Below are positions 1-9,329 of a stretch of DNA of 64,000 nt, piece by piece. A program made the translations under genes and the position numbers. The notes below the pieces were generated by a model. The model saw only the letters and a program-made list of their open reading frames with translations, did not search any database and was not told the origin of the DNA. How positions within the stretch are numbered: the first letter of the stretch is position 1; every line of letters starts with the position of its first letter. Source of the DNA: Vicinamibacteria bacterium (GTDB lineage: Bacteria > Acidobacteriota > Vicinamibacteria > Fen-336); NCBI GenBank assembly GCA_023701125.1, contig JAMPXO010000003.1:32391-96390 (forward strand). The letters run 5' to 3'.

Positions 1-1
1 G

Positions 2-1084
2 CGGCCCGCCGCCCCTGTCGACGACTCGGCGCGGCTGGACCTGGGCGGCCCGGACGACGTTTCCGGGTTCGCCCGCGCCACGGAGCCGCGACCGCTGCGG
101 CTGCCCGAGGACCACGGCCCGCACTTCGAGTACCAGACGGAGTGGTGGTACTACACGGGCAATCTGGCGGCCGGGGACGGGCGGGCGTTCGCGTATCAGT
201 TCACGGTCTTCCGGCGCGGCCTCTCACCGGGAGACCCGCCCGCCGAGCCTGGCCTGCGCACGAACCAGGTGTACTTCGCGCATCTCGCGCTGACCGACGA
301 GCAGGGGCAGCGCCACGTGTTCGCCGAGCGCTGGGGGCGCGGCGCCGCCGATCTGGCGGGTGCTGCGGCCGAGCCGTATCGGGTCCACGTCGATCACTGG
401 CAGGCGCACGGCAACGCCGGAGGGGGCGTCCGGATAGACGCCCGCCACGAGGGGTTCGGCCTCGCCCTCGAGCTCGAGCCGCGCAAGCCACCCGTGCTGC
501 ACGGCGACCGCGGCCTGTCGCCGAAGAGCGACGAGCCGGGCAATGCCTCGTACTACGTGAGCCTGACCCGGCTCGCGACCCGCGGCCGTGTCGTGCTCGG
601 CGGGCACGAGTTCGAGGTCACGGGCGAGAGCTGGTTCGACCACGAGTGGAGCACGAGCGCGCTGGGGCCCGAGGCGGAGGGCTGGGACTGGTTCAGCCTG
701 CAACTGGACGACGGCCGGGAGCTGATGTTCTTCCGCATTCGCCGCCGCGACGGCGGCTTCGAACCGGCCTCGGGCGGCACCCTCGTGGAGCGCGACGGCA
801 CCACCCGGCGACTCGGGGCCGACGAGCTGCGGATCGAAGTCGGCGACCACTGGACGAGCCCGCGGACCGGCGCACGCTACCCCGCCGCGTGGGAGCTTCA
901 CCTGCAGTCGCCCGCCCTCCGCCTGCGGCTCGAGCCGATCGTCGCGGACCAGGAGATGCGGACCTCGATCGTGTACTGGGAAGGGGCGGTGCGAGTCAGC
1001 GGCACGGCCGGGGAGAGCCCGGTGCAGGGGCGCGGCTTCGTCGAGCTGTCCGGCTACCACGCGCCGATGCAGGGGCTGTTCTGA
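2..1084 (+). CDS. AttH/CrtC-family (hydroxyneurosporene-synthase-like) lipocalin-fold protein, 5' end outside window
   Basis: Frame 2 is open from the window edge. It translates ...LPEDHGPHFEYQTEWWYYTGNL... and continues into track ORF 269..1084. EWWY, FDHEW and VYWEG motifs are typical of this family. Confidence 0.7.
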   Translation, partial: RPAAPVDDSARLDLGGPDDVSGFARATEPRPLRLPEDHGPHFEYQTEWWYYTGNLAAGDGRAFAYQFTVFRRGLSPGDPPAEPGLRTNQVYFAHLALTDEQGQRHVFAERWGRGAADLAGAAAEPYRVHVDHWQAHGNAGGGVRIDARHEGFGLALELEPRKPPVLHGDRGLSPKSDEPGNASYYVSLTRLATRGRVVLGGHEFEVTGESWFDHEWSTSALGPEAEGWDWFSLQLDDGRELMFFRIRRRDGGFEPASGGTLVERDGTTRRLGADELRIEVGDHWTSPRTGARYPAAWELHLQSPALRLRLEPIVADQEMRTSIVYWEGAVRVSGTAGESPVQGRGFVELSGYHAPMQGLF

Positions 1085-1106
1085 CGGGCGAAGGCAAGGG
1101 GAAGGG

Positions 1107-1556
1107 ATGAAGACCATTCACGACGAAGCGACGCGGGCGGAAGTGCTGGCCCGGGTCGCGCGCCTCAGGGCGGACGGCAAGGCGCTCTGGGGCCGCTTCG
1201 ACGCCTCGCGCATGGTGTGCCACCTGATCGACGCGCTGGAGATGGCGAACGGTCAGCGATCGGTCCGGCTGAAGCCGCTGTGGCCCATGCGGCACTTCCC
1301 GCTCAAGCACCTCGTGCTGTACGTGCTCCCCTTCCCCAAGGGCGCTCCGACGGCGCCCGAGCTGCTGTCGACGGCGCCGGCGCCGAGCTTCGACGCCGAC
1401 CGCTCGCGGCTGGTCGACCTCGTCCACCGCTTCGCAGCGATGCCGCAGACGGGCCCCGGCGCCACCCACCCGCTGTTCGGAAAGCTCGACCAGGCCGAGT
1501 GGGGTGCGCTGGTCGCGAAACACCTGGACCACCACCTGCGCCAGTTCGGCGCGTAG
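1107..1556 (+). CDS. DinB-like / DUF1569-type small protein
   Basis: 149-aa ORF with a GGGA motif 6 nt upstream. It has a helical DinB-like pattern and the C-terminal HLDHHLRQFG. Confidence 0.55.
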   Translation: MKTIHDEATRAEVLARVARLRADGKALWGRFDASRMVCHLIDALEMANGQRSVRLKPLWPMRHFPLKHLVLYVLPFPKGAPTAPELLSTAPAPSFDADRSRLVDLVHRFAAMPQTGPGATHPLFGKLDQAEWGALVAKHLDHHLRQFGA

Positions 1557-1562
1557 ATGATC

Positions 1563-1591
1563 TTGACAGAAGAGCACGAGCGTACTATTTT
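1563..1591 (+). promoter_or_regulatory. sigma-70-like promoter (TTGACA-17 nt-TATTTT) driving a probably leaderless tetR transcript
   Basis: TTGACA at 1563-1568 and TATTTT at 1586-1591 with a 17-nt spacer. The GTG start of the TetR gene sits at 1598, about 7 nt after the -10 element. Confidence 0.5.
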
Positions 1592-1597
1592 AAGTTC

Positions 1598-2197
1598 GTG
1601 CGCAAGGGAGAGCTGACCCGGCAGAAGGTGCTCGAGGCCTCGGTGGGCCTCGCCTCCCGGCTCGGCCTCGAGGGCCTCACCATCGGCAACCTCGCGGACG
1701 AACTGGGCCTGTCCAAGAGCGGGCTCTTCGCTCACTTCCAGTCGAAGGAGGCGCTCCAGGTCCAGACCCTGGAGGCCGCCGCCGAGCGCTTCACGGAGGC
1801 CGTGATCCGGCCGGCCCTGGCGGCGCCCCGCGGCATCCCCCGGCTGCGCGAGCTGTGCGAACGCTGGCTGACGTGGCCGCGGGTCGTGCCGCAGGAAGGC
1901 GGCTGCCTGTTCGTCGCTGCCGCCGTGGAACTGGACGATCGTCCAGGCCCCGCCCGCGACACCCTGGTCCGCGTCCAGCGCGACTGGATGGACTTCCTGG
2001 CCGGGGCGGTGCGGATCGCCGTGGCAGAGGGCCACCTGAAGCCGCGGACCGACCCCGTGCAGTTCGCCTTCGAGCTGTACGGCGTGATGCTGTCCACCCA
2101 CCACGCCCATCGCCTGCTCGGCGACCCGAAGGCCACCACCCGCGCCCGCCGTGCGCTCGAAGACCTGATCGCTCGTCACGCGGTCGAGCCGCACTGA
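1598..2197 (+). CDS. TetR/AcrR family transcriptional regulator
   Basis: An in-frame GTG at 1598 lies inside the longer track ORF 1217..2197. N-terminal HTH: LTIGNLADELGLSKSGLFAHFQSKEAL. About 199 aa. Confidence 0.85.
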   Translation: MRKGELTRQKVLEASVGLASRLGLEGLTIGNLADELGLSKSGLFAHFQSKEALQVQTLEAAAERFTEAVIRPALAAPRGIPRLRELCERWLTWPRVVPQEGGCLFVAAAVELDDRPGPARDTLVRVQRDWMDFLAGAVRIAVAEGHLKPRTDPVQFAFELYGVMLSTHHAHRLLGDPKATTRARRALEDLIARHAVEPH

Positions 2198-2213
2198 GAC
2201 CCGGAGGTCCCGC

Positions 2214-3230
2214 TTGCCGACTCCCCCTCCCCCGTCCGTTAATAGCACGAACGTTCGCTCTAGAAAGGCGCCTCTGGCGTTGCGACTCGCTGGCGGATCG
2301 ATCCGCACGCTCGGTGCCGTCTCGCGCTCGGCGGCGGCTGTTCTTGCGGAGCACCTCTTCCTCTCGCCGCCCCGCTTCCCGGCGCCCGCCCGCGAGCGGG
2401 CCGCCTTTGCGCAGGCCCGACCCACGGCGATCGACAGCCCGGAAGGCCGGCTGCGACTGTGGCGCTTCGACGAGCGCCCCGTGGACGTGCTGCTGCTGCA
2501 CGGCTGGGGCGGCCGGTCGAGCCAGATGAGCGCTTTCGTCGCACCCCTGCGTGCGGCCGGCCTGGGGGTCGCAGCGCTCGACGGCCCGGCCCATGGGGCG
2601 TCGGCGGGGCGGCTCGCCACCGTACCCGGGTTCGCACGCGCTCTCCTCGCGGCGCATGCCGTACTCAGGTTCCGGGCGGTCGTCGCGCACTCCATGGGCG
2701 GCGCGGCCACGGGCGTCGCGGTCGGCCGCCACGGCCTCGCCCTCGACGCGGCGGTGCTGATCGGTTCGCCTGCGACGCCGAGCCGTTTCCTGCGCGACTT
2801 CGTCGACGCCGTCGCCCTGCCCGCGGGCATCGAGGCGGCCCTGCTGCGCCGGCTGGCGATCCGCACCGGGCTGACCCTGGCGGACATCGACATCACGTCG
2901 CTCGGTCCCACCCTGAGCGGCGGCGCCCTGGTCATCCACGACCGCGCCGACCGCGAGGTCCCGCACGCCGACGCCGAGGCGATCGCCCACGCCTGGCGCG
3001 GCGCGGAACTGCTGACGACGGCCGGCCTCGGCCACCGCCGCATCCTGCGCGACCCCCACGTCGTCGCCGCCGCCTGTCGCTTCGTGGCTGCGGCCCTCGG
3101 CCACCCGGTCCGCGGCTGCGTGACGCCGGGCTGCCTCGATGTCGCGACGCAACCCGGTGTGCGCTGCGAGCGCTGCGCGCTCGACGCCTTCCTGTTCGAT
3201 CCCCACGCGCGGTGGGCCCCGGCGGCCTGA
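2214..3230 (+). CDS. alpha/beta-fold hydrolase with Cys-rich C-terminal tail
   Basis: LLLHGWGG oxyanion region and AHSMGG nucleophile elbow. C-terminal CVTPGC...VRCERC. The start is uncertain: TTG 2214, or CTG 2274 / TTG 2280 downstream of an operator-like palindrome. Confidence 0.75.
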   Translation: MPTPPPPSVNSTNVRSRKAPLALRLAGGSIRTLGAVSRSAAAVLAEHLFLSPPRFPAPARERAAFAQARPTAIDSPEGRLRLWRFDERPVDVLLLHGWGGRSSQMSAFVAPLRAAGLGVAALDGPAHGASAGRLATVPGFARALLAAHAVLRFRAVVAHSMGGAATGVAVGRHGLALDAAVLIGSPATPSRFLRDFVDAVALPAGIEAALLRRLAIRTGLTLADIDITSLGPTLSGGALVIHDRADREVPHADAEAIAHAWRGAELLTTAGLGHRRILRDPHVVAAACRFVAAALGHPVRGCVTPGCLDVATQPGVRCERCALDAFLFDPHARWAPAA

Positions 3231-3261
3231 GGCGCCCGTCGCGGGGCTATGCTCGCGCCCT

Positions 3262-4362
3262 ATGAGGGTTGCGAGAGGCTTCCTGCCCGCCCTGGCGTTC
3301 TGTGCCGTCGTCCCCTCCATCGGCGCCGCCCAGCCCGCGAGCGGGCCCGTCTGGCTCAAGGGCAGCCTGCACACCCACACCGATCGCAGCGACGGCGACA
3401 CCGCGCCGGAAGTGGTCGTGCGCTGGTACCGGGAGCACGGCTACGGCTTCCTCGCGATCACGGATCACGACCGGATCACCGAACCGGCGCCACTCGCGGA
3501 AGCCGCGGGTCCCGACCTGCTGCTAGTCCCGGCCGAAGAAGTGACCGGCCTCGCCCTTCCTTCCGACGGGCGCAAGGTCCCGGTCCACGTCAACGCCTTC
3601 GTTCCGCGAGAGGTGATCCCACCGTTCAAGGGGGGCACGCCAGCGGAGGCGCTCGCGCAGAACGTGGCGCGGGCGCGGGCGGCGGGGGCCCTGGTCCTCG
3701 TCAATCACCCCAACTTCGGCTGGGCGCTGACGGCGGACGACCTGAAGGCCGCGGCCCCGGGCTTCCGCCTGCTCGAGATCTTCAGCGGCCATCCGCTCGT
3801 CCACTTCCTGGGCGGCGGCGGCGCGCTCTCGGCGGAGGCGCTGTGGGATGCGTTGCTCACGGCCGGCCACCGCGTCCACGGCGCCGCCGTCGACGACTCG
3901 CACCACTTCGCGGGCGAGTGCACGCCGGCCCGCGCCTGCCCGGGCCGCGGTTGGGTGGTCGTCCGGGTTGCCGAGCGCACACCCGCGGCCGTGCTGGCGG
4001 CACTCGAGCGCGGCGACTTCTACGCCTCGAACGGTGTCGCCCTGCGCGACGTGCGGGCGACCGAGGCCAGCCTCGAGCTGACGATCGAACCGCAGAAGAG
4101 CTTCCGTTATCGCACGGAGTTCGTGGGCTCCGGTGGCCGCGTGCTGGCCTCGATCGAGGGCGAGTCCGCCTCCTGGCGCTTCAGGGGCGACGAGGGCTAC
4201 GTTCGCGCCCGCGTCACCGACTCGATGGGCCGCCGGGCCTGGACCCAGCCGGTCTTTGTCCCGGACGGGGGCTTGGGGGCGGAGGAGCTGCGTTCGCGAC
4301 TGAGCCCCCATGGGACCGGCGCCGGGCTCCGCCCGGTGTCGGAAACCGACGAATCGCGCTGA
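3262..4362 (+). CDS. PHP-domain (CehA/McbA-like) metal-dependent phosphoesterase, secreted
   Basis: ATG 3262 is in frame within ORF 3139..4362. Signal peptide MRVARGFLPALAFCAVVPSIGAA and the motif GSLHTHTDRSDGD. The last ~30 codons come from a dispersed repeat. Confidence 0.75.
   Translation: MRVARGFLPALAFCAVVPSIGAAQPASGPVWLKGSLHTHTDRSDGDTAPEVVVRWYREHGYGFLAITDHDRITEPAPLAEAAGPDLLLVPAEEVTGLALPSDGRKVPVHVNAFVPREVIPPFKGGTPAEALAQNVARARAAGALVLVNHPNFGWALTADDLKAAAPGFRLLEIFSGHPLVHFLGGGGALSAEALWDALLTAGHRVHGAAVDDSHHFAGECTPARACPGRGWVVVRVAERTPAAVLAALERGDFYASNGVALRDVRATEASLELTIEPQKSFRYRTEFVGSGGRVLASIEGESASWRFRGDEGYVRARVTDSMGRRAWTQPVFVPDGGLGAEELRSRLSPHGTGAGLRPVSETDESR
4267..4347 (+). repeat. dispersed copy of the 85-bp GC-rich hairpin repeat family
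   Basis: gggggcttgggggcggaggagctgcgttcgcgactgagcccccatgggaccggcgccgggctccgcccggtgtcggaaacc. Near-identical to 60277-60358 and homologous to the tandem units at 56306-56560. Confidence 0.8.
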
Positions 4363-4369
4363 ACGCCTG

Positions 4370-4948
4370 CTACAGGCCGATCTCGTCCGCGATCGGCTTG
4401 AGCGCTTCGATCAGGAAGCCGACGTGCTCGTCGAGCGGGCGGCCGAGGACCTCGGCGCCGCCGTAGACGTAGGTGCGGTCGACCGAGCGCGCGAAGGCCT
4501 TGTCCTTCAGCTTCTTCGTGACCGACTCGACCGGCAGGTCGGCGATCTTCTTCGTCGGCCGCACCTTGACCGCCGCGCCGATGAAGCCGACCAGCTCGTC
4601 GCAGGCGTAGATCGCCTTCTTGAGCGGCGTGTCGCGCGGGATCTTCATGTAGTCGGCGTGGGAGCAGATCGCCTCGACGATCTCCTCCGGGTAGCCCCGC
4701 TCGCGCAGGATGCGGGCGCCGACGTGGAGGTGGGTCTCCTCGGTCGGGTTCTGCTCGTAGTCGAAGTCGTGCAGCAGGCCGACGATCCCCCACTTCTCCA
4801 CCTCGGCGGGATCGGTGATGCCGAACCAGCCGGCGTAGGCGCGCATGGCCTGCTCGACGCCGCGGCCGTGCTTGCGCAAGGCGTCCGACTGGGTGAACTC
4901 GAACAGCAGGGCTTCGGCCTCGGCCCGGGTCGGCACAAGTTCGCTCAT
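4370..4948 (-). CDS. HD/HDIG-domain phosphohydrolase
   Basis: ATG at 4948 (MSELVPTRAEAEALL...) inside the longer ORF 4370..5431. Motifs LLHDFDY and HADY. 192 aa. Confidence 0.8.
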   Translation of the reverse strand: MSELVPTRAEAEALLFEFTQSDALRKHGRGVEQAMRAYAGWFGITDPAEVEKWGIVGLLHDFDYEQNPTEETHLHVGARILRERGYPEEIVEAICSHADYMKIPRDTPLKKAIYACDELVGFIGAAVKVRPTKKIADLPVESVTKKLKDKAFARSVDRTYVYGGAEVLGRPLDEHVGFLIEALKPIADEIGL

Positions 4949-4968
4949 GGCGGCGAGGATACGAAAAT

Positions 4969-5850
4969 TCAGTGCTGACAGCGCGGGCAGTAGTGGGAGG
5001 AGCGACCGCCGATCACCCGCCGCGCGATGACGCCCTCGGCGCAGCGCAGGCAGCGCTCGCCCGTGCGCGCGTAAGCCTGGCGCTCGTCCTGGTAGCCGCC
5101 GTCGCTGCCGTCGGGCCGCACGTAGTCGCTGATGCTCGAGCCGCCGGTCTCGATCGAGCGCAGCAGCACGCGCCGGATCTCGACGGCGACCAGGTCGCAC
5201 TCCGCGCGAGTCAGGCGCCGCGCGCTCCGCGTCGGCCGCACGTGGGCCCCGAACAGCGCCTCGTCCGCGTAGATGTTGCCCACGCCGGCCAGTACGCCCT
5301 GGTCGAGCAGCAGCGTCTTGACCGGCGCCGTGCGCCGCCGCGAGGCCGTCCACAGCAGCGCCCCGTCGACGCCGAGGGCGTCGGGCCCGAGCTTGTCGAG
5401 CCGCGGATCGGAAGCTCCCGGCGCCAGCCACGCGACCTTGCCGAACTTGCGGGTGTCACGGAAGAGCAGGTCGCGCCCGCCGTCGTCGAAGGCCAGCCGC
5501 AGGTGCGTGTGCCGGTCCGGGCCCGGTGCGCTCTCCTGCTCCTCGGGCGACAGCGTGGCGCCCGCCGTCGACGAGAGCAGCCGCACGCTGCTCACCCCCG
5601 AGCCGTAGAGCTGCCCGGTCATGCCCAGGTGCAACAGCACCCGCGCGCCGTCGTCGAGCGCGGCGAGCAGGTACTTCCCGTGCCGCGCGACGGCGGTCGT
5701 CACCCTTCCCGTCAGTCGCCGTTTCAACGTCGCGGGCGGGGTGACGAAGAAGTAGCTCGGCCGCGTGGTGTGCACGGCGGCGATCCGCCGCCCCACCAGC
5801 AGTGGCACGACCTGCCGCCGCGTGACCTCGACCTCGGGGAGTTCAGGCAC
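4969..5850 (-). CDS. mutM: formamidopyrimidine-DNA glycosylase
   Basis: MPELPEVE N-terminus with the catalytic Pro2, an H2TH region and a C-terminal zinc finger C..C...CPRCQ. Confidence 0.9.
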   Translation of the reverse strand: MPELPEVEVTRRQVVPLLVGRRIAAVHTTRPSYFFVTPPATLKRRLTGRVTTAVARHGKYLLAALDDGARVLLHLGMTGQLYGSGVSSVRLLSSTAGATLSPEEQESAPGPDRHTHLRLAFDDGGRDLLFRDTRKFGKVAWLAPGASDPRLDKLGPDALGVDGALLWTASRRRTAPVKTLLLDQGVLAGVGNIYADEALFGAHVRPTRSARRLTRAECDLVAVEIRRVLLRSIETGGSSISDYVRPDGSDGGYQDERQAYARTGERCLRCAEGVIARRVIGGRSSHYCPRCQH

Positions 5851-5960
5851 ATCCGGAGCCTACCGCCTTCGCGCGTCGCCGGGCAGCATGCCCTTCCCGT
5901 GCACGCCCGAAGGGCGCATCATTCGCACGCCGCGCCACCCACTGAAGACCAGGAGCCCCG

Positions 5961-7235
5961 ATGACCCTCTCGCGACGACACTGGCTGGAAGCGACCGGAC
6001 TGGCGACGCTCGGTGCGGCCCTGCCCTCCGGCGCCGAAGCCGCCGACGCGGGGCGCGAGTGGCCGGCGGCGATCGCCGCCCTGAAGCCGATGCTGGACGG
6101 GGTCTCGCCGATCACTGTCGAAGAGCGCCAGGCCCGCATCGCCCGCGCCCGGCAGCGGATGGCCGAGCACGGACTCGACGCGATCGTGATCGCCTCCGGC
6201 ACGACGCTCGACTACTTCACGGGCGCGCGCTGGGGCAACTCGGAGCGCTTCTTCGGCGTCGTGATCCCTCGCGCGGGCGACGTCGCGTGGGTCACGCCGG
6301 CGTTCGAGAAGGGCCGGGCGCTGGAGCAGGTCCAGCCCGGAGACGACGTCCGGGCATGGGAGGAGCACGAATCTCCCTACGCGCTCGTCGCCGGCATCCT
6401 GCGCGACCGCGGCGCCGCATCCGGTCGCACTGGCATCGAGGAGACCGTGGCCTTCGTGTTCGCGGACGGCATCGGCCAGGCGCTACCCGCCGCCAGGGTC
6501 GTCAGCGCCACGCCGGTGACGGCCGGCTGTCGGATGATCAAGGACGCCCACGAGCTGGCGCTGATGCAGCGCGCGGCCGAGATCACGCTGACGGCCCATC
6601 GCGCCGTGTTCGCCTCGCTGAAGGAGGGCCTGAGCCAGGCCGAGGTCGGCGAGCTGTGCGCCGAAGCCCACCGCCGGCTCGGCATGCGCGGCGGCGCGCT
6701 CGTCCTGTTCGGAGCCGACGCGGCCTTCCCGCACGGGACCACGAAGCCCCAGCCGCTGCGCGCCGGCGACGTCGTGCTGATCGACGGCGGCGGGCGCCTG
6801 CACGGCTACGCTAGCGACATCACCCGCACCGGCGTGTTCGGCGCGGCCCCGACGGACCGCCAGCGCAAGGTCTGGGACGTGGTGAAGAAGGCCCAGGAAG
6901 CGGCCTTCGCCGCCGCGCGGCCCGGGGCGGCGTGCCAGGACGTCGACCGCGCCGCCCGCAAGGTGATCGAGGAGGCCGGCTTCGGGCCGGGCTACCGCTA
7001 CTTCACCCACCGCGTCGGCCACGGCATCGGCATGGACGGCCACGAGTGGACGTACCTCGTCGAGGGCAACGCCACGCCGCTGCAGCCGGGCATGTGCTTC
7101 AGCGACGAGCCGGGGATCTACGTGCCTGGCGAGCTGGGCGTGCGCCACGAGGACGCGATCGTGATCACCGAGGGCGGGGCGCGCAACCTGTCCCCGAAGT
7201 GGACGCTCAGCCCCGAGCAGCCCGCCGTCGTCTGA
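5961..7235 (+). CDS. M24-family Xaa-Pro peptidase with Tat signal
   Basis: AGGAG Shine-Dalgarno upstream. Twin-arginine signal LSRRHWLEATGLATLGAA. Motifs HRVGHGIGMDGHE and DEPGIY. Confidence 0.85.
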   Translation: MTLSRRHWLEATGLATLGAALPSGAEAADAGREWPAAIAALKPMLDGVSPITVEERQARIARARQRMAEHGLDAIVIASGTTLDYFTGARWGNSERFFGVVIPRAGDVAWVTPAFEKGRALEQVQPGDDVRAWEEHESPYALVAGILRDRGAASGRTGIEETVAFVFADGIGQALPAARVVSATPVTAGCRMIKDAHELALMQRAAEITLTAHRAVFASLKEGLSQAEVGELCAEAHRRLGMRGGALVLFGADAAFPHGTTKPQPLRAGDVVLIDGGGRLHGYASDITRTGVFGAAPTDRQRKVWDVVKKAQEAAFAAARPGAACQDVDRAARKVIEEAGFGPGYRYFTHRVGHGIGMDGHEWTYLVEGNATPLQPGMCFSDEPGIYVPGELGVRHEDAIVITEGGARNLSPKWTLSPEQPAVV

Positions 7236-7238
7236 AGC

Positions 7239-8111
7239 TCAGGCCTTGCGCGGCGGCGCGAAGACGTTCGCGTAGTCCTGGGCGAAGGTCTCGAAGGCCA
7301 GCGGGGCTCGCCCCAGCACCTTGTGCACGTCGGCGGTGACCCGCGCGCCCGCGCCCTCGCGGAACGACGCGTACAGCTCGAGCATGCCGTCGGCCAGCCA
7401 GTCCGGCAGGCCTGCCGCCCGCATCGACGCGCCCGCAGCGTGCGGGTCCGCGGGCACGTAGCGCACGGCGCGCCCGCTGGTCGCGGAGATCTGCTCGGCC
7501 ATCTCGTCGAAGCGCAGCGCGGCCGAGCCGGTCAGCTCGTACGCCCGGTTCTCGTGGGCCGCGGGGGCCAGCAGCACCGCCGCGGCGACGGCCGCCACGT
7601 CGCGGGCGTCGATGGCAGCGACGGCCGCGGCTCCCGCGGGGATCGAGAAGGCGCCCTGGCCGACGATCGTCGACGCGAACATCAGCAGGTTCTGCATGAA
7701 GTACGACGGGCGCAGCAGCGTGAAGGCCAGCCCCGACTCCTCCAGCCGCGTGTCCGTGGCGGCGTGCCAGCGCGAGAGGCTGACGGGCGCCCCGGCGCGC
7801 GCGCCCGCGCCCGACACGCGGACCACGCGCGGGACCCCGGCGCGGCGTGCGGCGCCGATCGCCCGGCCCTGGATCTCGTCCTGCCGCGGGTCCACGGGCG
7901 AGAGCAGGAACAGGGTGTCGATACCCGCGCAGGCGACCTCGACCTGCTGCGGCTGCTCGAGGTTGCCCTCCACGACTTCCACGCCGGCGGCGCGCAGGAC
8001 CCTGGCCTTGGCGGGGTTGCGGGCGAGCACGCGGAAGGCGACTCCACGGTCGCGGAGCAGGCGCACGAGTTCTGTGCCGATCGTCCCGGTTCCACCGGTC
8101 ACGAGGATCAT
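7239..8111 (-). CDS. NmrA-like / atypical SDR NAD(P)-binding protein
   Basis: MILVTGGTGTIGTELVRLL Rossmann motif. 290 aa. Confidence 0.8.
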   Translation of the reverse strand: MILVTGGTGTIGTELVRLLRDRGVAFRVLARNPAKARVLRAAGVEVVEGNLEQPQQVEVACAGIDTLFLLSPVDPRQDEIQGRAIGAARRAGVPRVVRVSGAGARAGAPVSLSRWHAATDTRLEESGLAFTLLRPSYFMQNLLMFASTIVGQGAFSIPAGAAAVAAIDARDVAAVAAAVLLAPAAHENRAYELTGSAALRFDEMAEQISATSGRAVRYVPADPHAAGASMRAAGLPDWLADGMLELYASFREGAGARVTADVHKVLGRAPLAFETFAQDYANVFAPPRKA

Positions 8112-8145
8112 CGAGGTGAGGCCTCCAGGAGGTCGAAGTTCTTCT

Positions 8146-9324
8146 TCAGAGATCGCGCAGCGCCACGGCGACCGGGACCCGTACCGCGCGTAGCGCAGGA
8201 GGCAGGCCCCCGACCAGGCCCATGGCGAGCGCGAATGCTACGCCCAGGCCGAGCAGGTCGGGGGTCACGCGGAAGGCGAACGAGACGTGGGAGAAGGTCT
8301 GGAAGTTCAGGGTCGAGGTGGTCAGGCCGTCCAGCGGCAGCGCCGCCGCGACTCCGACCAGGCCGCCGACGGCCGACAGCAGCAGCGACTCGGCCACGAT
8401 CGCGATCAGCACGGCGCCGCTGCCGAAGCCGAGTGCGCGGATCGTCGCCAGTTCGCGGGCCCGCTCGGCCACCGCCGAGTAGAGGGTGTTGAGCGCGCCG
8501 CACACGGCGCCGATGCCCATCACCGCGGCGACCAGCGCGCCCAGCGACAGGATCAGGCCGCGCATGGCCTCGGACGCCTTCGCGTAGTAGTCGGTCTCGC
8601 GGTCCACCTGGTGTCGCATCCGGGGGTCGGACGTCAGTCGTTGCCGCAGCAGGTCGAGGGTCTCACGTGAGGCGAGCCGCGCCGCCGCCGATTGATAGTA
8701 CCCCCGCGGTCGCTGGTAGGCGGGGCCGAGCACCGCGGCGTCGGCCCAGATCTCGGAGTCGAAGGCGCTGCCGCCGCCGTCGAGCACGCCCACGACCTGG
8801 AACGGCGTGCCGCCGAGGCGCACCGTGGCGCCGGGCTCGAGGCCGGCGTAGCTCTCCCGGGCGTAGCGGCCGACCACGATCTCGGCCGTGCCGGGCGTCA
8901 GCATCCGGCCCTGGGCGACCCGCACGCCCTGGTGGACGTCCAGGGCGCGGGCGCCGATCCCGCGCACCTGGACGTTGGCCTCGGCCCCTTCCGCGCGAAG
9001 GGCGCGCAGCGGGAGGGCGACGATCACGACGATCTCCGCGCTGACCAGCGGGCCGCGGGCGTCGCGCGCCACCTCGGGCGCGTCCTCGATCACCCGCAGC
9101 TCCTCCATGTCGATCACGCTGTCCATCTCCGAGGTGGCGCCGGCGCGGCGGATCATCGCGTTGTCCGGCGAGCCCGTGGACACGAGCGCCTGCTCGAAGC
9201 CGCGAGCCAGCGCCAGCATCGCGACGAAGACGGCCACGGAGCCGGCGATGCCGGCGACGGCCACCAGCGACGAGCGCCAGCGGGCGCGCAGGCTCTCGAC
9301 GGAGTAGACGAGCGGGAGCGCCAT
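8146..9324 (-). CDS. ABC transporter permease, FtsX/MacB type
   Basis: ATG at 9324 inside ORF 8146..9990. N-terminal TM, a periplasmic domain, and the C-terminal FtsX core ERARELATIRALGFG. Confidence 0.8.
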   Translation of the reverse strand: MALPLVYSVESLRARWRSSLVAVAGIAGSVAVFVAMLALARGFEQALVSTGSPDNAMIRRAGATSEMDSVIDMEELRVIEDAPEVARDARGPLVSAEIVVIVALPLRALRAEGAEANVQVRGIGARALDVHQGVRVAQGRMLTPGTAEIVVGRYARESYAGLEPGATVRLGGTPFQVVGVLDGGGSAFDSEIWADAAVLGPAYQRPRGYYQSAAARLASRETLDLLRQRLTSDPRMRHQVDRETDYYAKASEAMRGLILSLGALVAAVMGIGAVCGALNTLYSAVAERARELATIRALGFGSGAVLIAIVAESLLLSAVGGLVGVAAALPLDGLTTSTLNFQTFSHVSFAFRVTPDLLGLGVAFALAMGLVGGLPPALRAVRVPVAVALRDL

Positions 9325-9329
9325 CGGGA

